Position numbers and translations under genes: made by a program. Positions 1-5,163 of a DNA stretch of 5,526 nt are shown here, one piece after another. Numbering within the stretch: the stretch's first letter is position 1; each line of letters opens with the position of its first letter. Origin of the DNA: a virus. The notes beneath the pieces are model-generated. The model had not been told where the DNA came from, ran no database searches, and was given only the letters and a program-made list of their open reading frames with translations. The DNA lies in UHGV virus genome UHGV-0397512; one strand, 5' to 3'.

Positions 1-846
1 GCAACAGGAGCTACAGGAGCAGGATCAGCAGCCGATCCGAATATGCAGCTGCAGGCATTGATGTCATTGCGACAGGTGCGGATGAACGAACGAAAGAACG
101 AGGCAGAAATCAACCTGCTCAATACGCAAGCAGAAGCACTCAAAGCAGAAGCGGGCAAAAACAAAGAAGAAACCACATCAATAATCGAAAAGAGAATATG
201 GCAGGTAAAACAGGAAATGTTCGAAGGCTGGAAAGGCTTTATCAACACAGCAAATCAACTATGGGACCAGATGGTAAAATGGCAACCCACAAAAAAAACG
301 ACGATCGACGGCAAAGAAATCGAGATACCTAAATACTTCGAAATAGAGGACGATAAATTCGGAAAGATCGTATTCGGTGAAGAATCATTCCAGGGCAATA
401 TGATGAAAGCCGAAAAACAAATCCTCGAAGGAACAGCAGCAATCAAAACTCTGGAAAGCATATATGCAGACGAAAAACTATCGACAGAAATTAAAAAAAT
501 AAACGCGGACGCATGCAGCGCAATGGCCCAAGCGGCTTACTTCTACGCAGCAGGCGAAACCCAAAAAGCAGAAGCAAAAGTACTCGAAGCAAAAAAGAAA
601 ACCGAAGAAGCAACCGCAGACCTGCGAGAACTCCAATATTGGACCGAAATAGCGAATACAATCATCAAGCTGGCACAATTAGTGGGAAACCTGGCAATCG
701 GAGGAAAAACAGGGAAAGCAATCAGAGAATACACGGAAAAAAGAATGAGCGAAACACCCCCCAAGAATTCATCGACAGTAACACAACACTACGATCCAGA
801 GATGAAATTTAAAGGAGTAGATAAGACCGTAACAACAAAATGGTAG
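1..846 (+). CDS. Minor capsid / DNA pilot protein (VP2-like), C-terminal portion. The reading frame is open from base 1. It appears to be the in-frame continuation of the ORF that runs off the window end at 5526.
   Basis: Frame 1 is open from nt 1 with no upstream stop (ATGATGAGSAADPNMQLQ...). The protein is a long Glu/Lys/Ala-rich predicted helical region, with a hydrophobic helix TEIANTIIKLAQLVGNLAIGG at about nt 640-705. The stop is TAG at 844-846. Position immediately upstream of the Rep gene, and composition, match Microviridae VP2/H-type pilot proteins. The Gly/Ala/Thr-rich N-terminal stretch continues seamlessly from the Gly-rich end of the ORF at 5164..5526. Confidence 0.72.
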   Translation, partial: ATGATGAGSAADPNMQLQALMSLRQVRMNERKNEAEINLLNTQAEALKAEAGKNKEETTSIIEKRIWQVKQEMFEGWKGFINTANQLWDQMVKWQPTKKTTIDGKEIEIPKYFEIEDDKFGKIVFGEESFQGNMMKAEKQILEGTAAIKTLESIYADEKLSTEIKKINADACSAMAQAAYFYAAGETQKAEAKVLEAKKKTEEATADLRELQYWTEIANTIIKLAQLVGNLAIGGKTGKAIREYTEKRMSETPPKNSSTVTQHYDPEMKFKGVDKTVTTKW

Positions 847-884
847 AAAAATGATTTTAAAAGGGAAAATTTCAATTAAAAGCA

Positions 885-1742
885 GTGTGTCTATATCCAA
901 GTATCATAGAGAATCCAAAGTACGCCAAATCGAATAAAAACGCCAAAGGAACAAGAGACCGTCGTCTGAGATGGATTCAAATTCCATGCGGACACTGCGA
1001 AGAATGCAGACGCGCAAAAGCAAATGAATGGAGAGTAAGATTGATGGAAGAAATAAAATATAATCCGAAAAATACTATATTTGCCACGCTGACATTCTCC
1101 GAAGAAAGCCTAAAAAAATTAGAATATGACGAAAACGAACCAAACAAAGCACCTCAAAAAGCAGTCAGCCTATTTAGAAAACGATGGTGGAAAAAGTATA
1201 AAGAACCACTCAAACACTGGCTAATCACAGAAATGGGACACGACAATACCAAAAGAATACATCTACACGGCATCGTATGGACGGAATTAACAGAGGAACA
1301 ATTCGAAAAAGAATGGGGGTACGGGTGGATATTCTTCGGGTATGAAGTAAATGAAAAAACAATAAACTACATCATAAAATACATAACGAAAAAAGACGAA
1401 AACAACCCTGAATTCAACGGAAAAATATTCACCTCGAAAAAAATCGGAATAAACTACATAAACAAAAACACACTCTACAGGCATAGATATCAAGATAAAT
1501 TCACAGAAGAAACATACAGAACAAATTCAGGAATAAAAGTAGCACTACCAACATACTACAGGCAAAAAATATGGACGGATCAAGAACGCGAAGCCCTCCG
1601 GATCATAAAAGAGGAAAAACAAGTAAAATACTACAACAAAACTCCTATCGAAGTAAAAACAATAAAACAATACGAAGAGTATGTACACGCAGTAAGATAT
1701 TGGCAATCAATCAAAAAGTATGACGGAAAGAGAAAAAAGTGA
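885..1742 (+). CDS. Rolling-circle replication initiation protein (Microviridae VP4 / phiX A-like HUH endonuclease), 285 aa.
   Basis: The N-terminus MCLYPSIIENP and the cysteine cluster PCGHCEEC (CxxCxxC) are typical of gokushovirus-type VP4. HUH motif I is IFATLTF (nt 1077-1097). Motif II is RIHLHGIVW, with HLH at nt 1260-1268. Motif III is NYIIKYITKK with two catalytic Tyr (nt 1368-1394), of the same type as phiX174 gpA YVAKYVNK. The first in-frame start after the upstream stop (858-860) is GTG at 885. There is no ATG until residue 54. Confidence 0.92.
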   Translation: MCLYPSIIENPKYAKSNKNAKGTRDRRLRWIQIPCGHCEECRRAKANEWRVRLMEEIKYNPKNTIFATLTFSEESLKKLEYDENEPNKAPQKAVSLFRKRWWKKYKEPLKHWLITEMGHDNTKRIHLHGIVWTELTEEQFEKEWGYGWIFFGYEVNEKTINYIIKYITKKDENNPEFNGKIFTSKKIGINYINKNTLYRHRYQDKFTEETYRTNSGIKVALPTYYRQKIWTDQEREALRIIKEEKQVKYYNKTPIEVKTIKQYEEYVHAVRYWQSIKKYDGKRKK

Positions 1743-1917
1743 AATATGCAAAGGATATGCAGACCTAATCATAAAAAAAGAAAAACTAATTCGTGAAATA
1801 TGGGAAACAGAATTTGCGATCAAAAAAATAGAGAATATATTGACGCGAAACAGAATAATAAAGACTACGAATGTAGAGGAGACATCGGAGACAGGTCTAC
1901 CAATCTCACAAGACTAA
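1720..1917 (+). CDS. Hypothetical small protein (65 aa), predicted helical and Glu/Lys/Ile-rich. Its start overlaps the 3' end of the Rep gene.
   Basis: An ATG at 1720 lies inside the last 23 nt of Rep. The protein-like composition (MTEREKSEICKGYADLIIKKEKLIREIWETEFAIKKIENIL...) is not the Arg/Ser-rich pattern of off-frame reading. It overlaps the next ORF by 118 nt, so only one of the two may be real across the overlap. Confidence 0.4.
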   Translation: MTEREKSEICKGYADLIIKKEKLIREIWETEFAIKKIENILTRNRIIKTTNVEETSETGLPISQD

Positions 1918-2156
1918 TCGGTGCAGAAAGAGTATCTCGACGAGACTTCAAATACGAGGGAACATACTACGTAACAGAAGATGGAGAAACATTCGACAAA
2001 GAATACGTAGAAACTCAAAAACCACAAAGAACCGGCGTCAACTTCTACGAAGTAAGCAACTGGATGTACAACGAAAAAAAACAAATGTACGAACCTGTTA
2101 TCAGAAGAATAGTAATGATCAAAAAAACCAACATTCAATTATCAATGGACCTATGA
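1800..2156 (+). CDS. Hypothetical protein (118 aa). The C-terminal two-thirds are aromatic-rich and protein-like.
   Basis: This is the first ATG after the frame-3 stop at 1791-1793. The non-overlapping part, 1918..2156 (GTYYVTEDGETFDKEYVETQKPQRTGVNFYEVSNWMYNEKKQMYEPVIRRIVMIKK), has balanced, protein-like composition. Its TGA stop (2154-2156) overlaps the ATG of the next ORF (2153-2155) in an ATGA arrangement, suggesting translational coupling. Confidence 0.5.
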   Translation: MGNRICDQKNREYIDAKQNNKDYECRGDIGDRSTNLTRLIGAERVSRRDFKYEGTYYVTEDGETFDKEYVETQKPQRTGVNFYEVSNWMYNEKKQMYEPVIRRIVMIKKTNIQLSMDL

Positions 2157-2323
2157 ATGAAAAAGTAAAAAAAATCGTAAAATGGATCGCGGTAATAGCA
2201 GCTGCAATCGGCGCTGCAGCCGCCGTAATCATGGAACAAGGATGCACTCACAAGCACTGCCTCAAAGCAAACGGCATCAAAATCGACACGATCGAAGTAT
2301 CAACATCAACAAAAATCAAGTAA
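2153..2323 (+). CDS. Small single-pass membrane protein (56 aa). It is not in the supplied ORF track. Candidate lysis or membrane-targeting protein.
   Basis: Manual translation of frame 2 gives MNEKVKKIVKWIAVIAAAIGAAAAVIMEQGCTHKHCLKANGIKIDTIEVSTSTKIK, with TAA at 2321-2323. It has a short basic N-terminus, one roughly 18-20 residue hydrophobic helix (WIAVIAAAIGAAAAVIM), and a polar C-tail containing C-x-H-x-H-C. Ala codons gca/gct/gcc match the usage in VP1 and Rep. The overlapping frame-1 ORF 2182..2394 reads the same Ala-rich stretch as Arg/Ser/Cys, an off-frame signature. The start is coupled to the upstream ORF by an ATGA overlap. The downstream ORF starts 2 nt after its stop. Confidence 0.5.
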   Translation: MNEKVKKIVKWIAVIAAAIGAAAAVIMEQGCTHKHCLKANGIKIDTIEVSTSTKIK

Positions 2324-2324
2324 C

Positions 2325-2630
2325 ATGGATAAAAGATTCAGAAATCAGCTACTTGCTGAAAGCGGAAAAAGAGAGGAAGAAATCGAAAGCGTAAACCTCG
2401 AAATCGAAGAAAGAGAAGTATCGGAAAACGGCCCGTTCGTGCTGATCCGCAACAAAAAAAACAAATGGGTAATCACGATGTGCGGCTCGCTCATAAACGG
2501 GAAAGAGTTCGACACTAAAGAGGAAGCTGAAGAACACATAGCTAAAAAAGAGTGGGACGACATCCTAACTGCAACACTCGTATTCATCTTACACGTAAAC
2601 AATGAATTGGAAAACACTCAAAAAAAATAA
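2325..2630 (+). CDS. Hypothetical protein (101 aa), with an acidic N-terminal half and a hydrophobic C-terminal segment.
   Basis: The ATG at 2325 follows the previous stop at 2321-2323 directly. The sequence is MDKRFRNQLLAESGKREEEIESVNLEIEEREVSENGPFVLIRNKKNKWVITMCGSLINGKEFDTKEEAEEHIAKKEWDDILTATLVFILHV... The stop at 2628-2630 lies 3 nt before the VP1 start. No recognisable family. By position and size it could be a scaffolding or DNA-binding accessory protein. Confidence 0.5.
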   Translation: MDKRFRNQLLAESGKREEEIESVNLEIEEREVSENGPFVLIRNKKNKWVITMCGSLINGKEFDTKEEAEEHIAKKEWDDILTATLVFILHVNNELENTQKK

Positions 2631-2633
2631 GCC

Positions 2634-4679
2634 ATGAAAAAAACATTAGGAGGAGACAGAATCCGAAGCGAAAGCAAAATGGAAGTATATCTGCCCAATT
2701 TCGGTAGATCATCGCATAACGTAGGAAAAATAATCCGAACATCGCAAGCGTGCGGCACAATCGTTCCCTATTGGTGCCAAATAGGTATGGACGGAACGAC
2801 ATTTTACATCGATATCACAACAAAAGTAAAAACGCTGCCGACAACCGGACCTGTATTCGGCAGTTTCAAACATCAAATCGACGTATTCGTAATTCCGATC
2901 AGACTCTATATAGCAGCGCTGCATAATAACGCTTTAGGAGTAGGATTGAACATGAGTAAAGTACTACTACCACAATTTCAAGTGTACACAGCCAATGCAT
3001 CGATCTACGAAAACGACACCAATAGAGGGCAAGTCAATCCGAGCTCGCTGCTCTCATACCTGGGGATCAAGGGGTTCGGGCGATCCGATGTAAATCAATA
3101 CTTCCGAAGATTTCCTGCAATATTCAATCTGGCATACTGGGACATATTCAAAAACTATTACGCCAACAAGCAAGAAGAAAACGCATACGTAGTCACCGGA
3201 ATAAACCATATTTGGAAGAAAATCAGCGCAGGAGATGGAGTTGCTTGGAATAGAGAGTGGACAGAAAACTTAAGTGAAGCATACCCACTAAATCCGTCAA
3301 GTCAAGCGCCGAGTTTCATCAAACTGGAATTCGAGGAAAAAATATCACCCGAGGAAGTCAATGAAATACAATTCTTAACAAATGATCCGGAAAAACCTAC
3401 ACAAAATATCAACAAACTAACAAAACTCGGAGATGCCTTCATATTCGAGCGAACAGACCCGGAAGCAATGGGACTAAAGAAACCAGAAAACCCGAAAAAG
3501 GCAACCAACATTTACGTGTACCAAGTCAAGAAGCCAATCAAAATTGCATACAATCTAAACATAGCAGGAAATAACTTCTTGACAATGCCGGACAACCAAA
3601 AAATCAAACTAACACCATTTCCATTAAAAAACATCGACGACGAACGAACTTCAATCTTAGCGGCACCCAGCTCCGCGGCATATATGTTAGACCATGCAAA
3701 AATGCCATACAAGGCAGCATCGGGGACTATAAACCTGCCGAGTTATGATCGGAAAAAAACATATCACAGCTCAAATGCATGGTACTCACAAGCGGGATTA
3801 GCGGTAAAAACACACCTTAGCGACAGGTTCAATAACTGGCTGAACACCGAATGGATCGACGGAACGACCGGAGGGATCAACGCGATTACAGCGGTAGATG
3901 TGAGCGACGGAAAACTCACGATGGATGCTCTGATCCTCCAGAAGAAAATCTTCAACATGCTGAACCGCGTAGCTATTACAGACGGCACTTATCAGGCGTG
4001 GAGAGAGGCAACGTACGGGATCAGAAGTACAACACTACCCGAATCTCCTATCTTCTGCGGCGGAATGCAGAGCGAAATCGCATTCGACGAAATCGTATCG
4101 AACTCAGCAACAGAGGAGGAGCCATTAGGAACACTTGCCGGCCGAGGAGTCGCAACCATGTACAAATCCGGAAGGGGCTTAAAGATCAAATGCACGGAAC
4201 CAAGCATGATCATGGCCTTAGGATCGATTACTCCTCGAGTCGATTACAGTCAAGGCAACAAGTGGTGGACGAGACTGCAAAATATGGATGACTTCCATAA
4301 GCCGACATTGGACGCAATCGGATTTCAAGAGCTGATAGCAGAAGAAGCAGCTGCATGGAGTACAGAAACCACTGAAAACTACACACACAAGTACCAATCA
4401 TTAGGAAAACAACCTTCATGGATCGAATACACAACGGATGTAAACGAAACGTACGGCGAATTTGCCGCGGGAATGCCTTTAGCATTCATGTGTTTAAACA
4501 GAGTATACGAAGAAGGTACAGATGGAACAATTTCTAACGCATCGACGTACATCGATCCGACAATATATAACAATATATTCGCAGAGTCGAGACTGAGCTC
4601 GCAAAACTTCTGGGTACAAGTAGCGTTCGACGTAACAGCACGTCGAGTAATGTCAGCAAAACAAATTCCAAATTTATAA
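2634..4679 (+). CDS. Major capsid protein (Microviridae VP1 / F-protein family), 681 aa.
   Basis: The N-terminal region LPNFGRSSHNVGKIIRTSQACGTIVPYWCQIGMDGTTFYIDITTKVKTLPTTGPVFGSFKHQIDVFVIPIRLY follows the conserved VP1 pattern (R-S-x-H...T...G-x-L-x-P......D-T-F......FFVP-x-R-L-W/Y). The C-terminus ...FWVQVAFDVTARRVMSAKQIPNL also matches the VP1 tail pattern. It is the longest ORF in the genome. An alternative start is Met16 at nt 2679. Confidence 0.92.
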   Translation: MKKTLGGDRIRSESKMEVYLPNFGRSSHNVGKIIRTSQACGTIVPYWCQIGMDGTTFYIDITTKVKTLPTTGPVFGSFKHQIDVFVIPIRLYIAALHNNALGVGLNMSKVLLPQFQVYTANASIYENDTNRGQVNPSSLLSYLGIKGFGRSDVNQYFRRFPAIFNLAYWDIFKNYYANKQEENAYVVTGINHIWKKISAGDGVAWNREWTENLSEAYPLNPSSQAPSFIKLEFEEKISPEEVNEIQFLTNDPEKPTQNINKLTKLGDAFIFERTDPEAMGLKKPENPKKATNIYVYQVKKPIKIAYNLNIAGNNFLTMPDNQKIKLTPFPLKNIDDERTSILAAPSSAAYMLDHAKMPYKAASGTINLPSYDRKKTYHSSNAWYSQAGLAVKTHLSDRFNNWLNTEWIDGTTGGINAITAVDVSDGKLTMDALILQKKIFNMLNRVAITDGTYQAWREATYGIRSTTLPESPIFCGGMQSEIAFDEIVSNSATEEEPLGTLAGRGVATMYKSGRGLKIKCTEPSMIMALGSITPRVDYSQGNKWWTRLQNMDDFHKPTLDAIGFQELIAEEAAAWSTETTENYTHKYQSLGKQPSWIEYTTDVNETYGEFAAGMPLAFMCLNRVYEEGTDGTISNASTYIDPTIYNNIFAESRLSSQNFWVQVAFDVTARRVMSAKQIPNL

Positions 4680-4683
4680 TACC

Positions 4684-5007
4684 ATGAAAACAGCAAAAAA
4701 TAGAAAGGGATGTATCGATAATCCGAACCTTACCTACGAGGCAGAACCGAGGGAAGTGAAACTAAGAAAGATAATCAGCGGAGAAGCCAGTAATATGGAG
4801 GATGGAGTATTCCCAATAATCTACACGGAAAAAAAAGATGGAGTACAACCCGAATACGACATAAGAACAGATCGATTCGAAGTAGCGATAGACGCAATAG
4901 ATAAAATCAACCAAAGCACAGCAAGCCAAATCGCAAAAAACAAGGGCGAAACCGAAGCTGCGAAAAATTTCGAGACAGAAGGAAAAACCGATCCCGAAAA
5001 AAGCTAA
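4684..5007 (+). CDS. Hypothetical protein (107 aa), encoded between VP1 and VP2. Possible scaffolding-like accessory protein.
   Basis: The ATG lies 5 nt after the VP1 stop. The composition is protein-like (…GVFPIIYTEKKDGVQPEYDIRTDRFEVAIDAIDKINQSTASQIAKNKGETEAAKNFETEGKTDPEKS), not an off-frame pattern. It is followed 30 nt downstream by a strong hairpin plus T-tract. Confidence 0.55.
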   Translation: MKTAKNRKGCIDNPNLTYEAEPREVKLRKIISGEASNMEDGVFPIIYTEKKDGVQPEYDIRTDRFEVAIDAIDKINQSTASQIAKNKGETEAAKNFETEGKTDPEKS

Positions 5008-5036
5008 AGCAGTCGTATAAAGCTCTACCAAAACTC

Positions 5037-5069
5037 AAAGAGGGGGGATATTTCCGCCCCCCCTCTTTT
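5037..5069 (+). terminator. Perfect GC-rich hairpin followed by a T-tract: an intrinsic-terminator-like element. Alternatively an ssDNA origin or priming stem-loop.
   Basis: AAAGAGGGGGG (5037-5047) pairs with CCCCCCTCTTT (5058-5068). The core is G6/C6 with loop ATATTTCCGC, and the stem runs into TCTTTT. It sits in the only large non-coding region, after the VP1/ORF107 block and before VP2. Confidence 0.55.
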
Positions 5070-5163
5070 AACCCTCGTAAATACATGTAGCACAGGGCGG
5101 TAGACGTTTATACATATATAACAAGAACATAGGTATAAATTCTTTTAGAAAAAAGAACGAAAA
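5070..5163 (+). promoter_or_regulatory. AT-rich intergenic leader upstream of the VP2 gene. Putative promoter or regulatory region.
   Basis: This is the only non-coding stretch longer than 40 nt in the genome. It is AT-rich (…GTTTATACATATATAACAAGAACATAGGTATAAATTCTTTTAGAAAAAAGAACGAAAA). It contains TATAAA and TATATA elements but no clean sigma70 -35/-10 pair and no Bacteroides TAnnTTTG. The promoter assignment rests on position only. Confidence 0.25.

Noticed and set aside
513-812. 99-aa extremely basic (Arg/Ser/Asn/Lys-rich) ORF in an alternative frame inside the VP2 gene. Similar cases are ORF 3851..4291 (146 aa) inside VP1 and ORF 2182..2394 (70 aa).
   Set aside because: The + strand is T-poor, so alternative frames rarely hit TAA, TAG or TGA. 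Off-frame reading of GAA/AAA/GCA-rich codons generically yields low-complexity R/S/N/K strings. They have no independent start context. ORF 2182..2394 reads the Ala-rich TM segment of the frame-2 membrane ORF as R/S/C. Caveat: microviruses do embed small basic DNA-binding proteins (J/ORF8-type) in other genes. Conservation analysis in relatives would be needed to rule that out fully.
1822-1828. A7 run considered as a canonical programmed -1 ribosomal frameshift site.
   Set aside because: It is not a canonical X_XXY_YYZ heptamer in the upstream frame. A-runs of 6-9 nt are frequent all over this genome. It is retained only as a low-interest hypothesis tied to the ORF65/ORF118 overlap.
2647-2654. 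Strong AGGAGGA Shine-Dalgarno-like sequence inside the start of VP1.
   Set aside because: It lies 24 nt upstream of the next in-frame ATG (2679), which is too far to function as its RBS. It is downstream of the ATG at 2634. It is most likely just the Gly-Gly codons (GGA GGA) of the VP1 N-terminus.
5101-5140. sigma70-like -10 elements (TATATA, TATAAA) in the intergenic region.
   Set aside because: No convincing -35 partner at 16-18 bp spacing. AT-rich sequence produces TATA-like hexamers by chance. The region is kept only as a low-confidence putative regulatory region.
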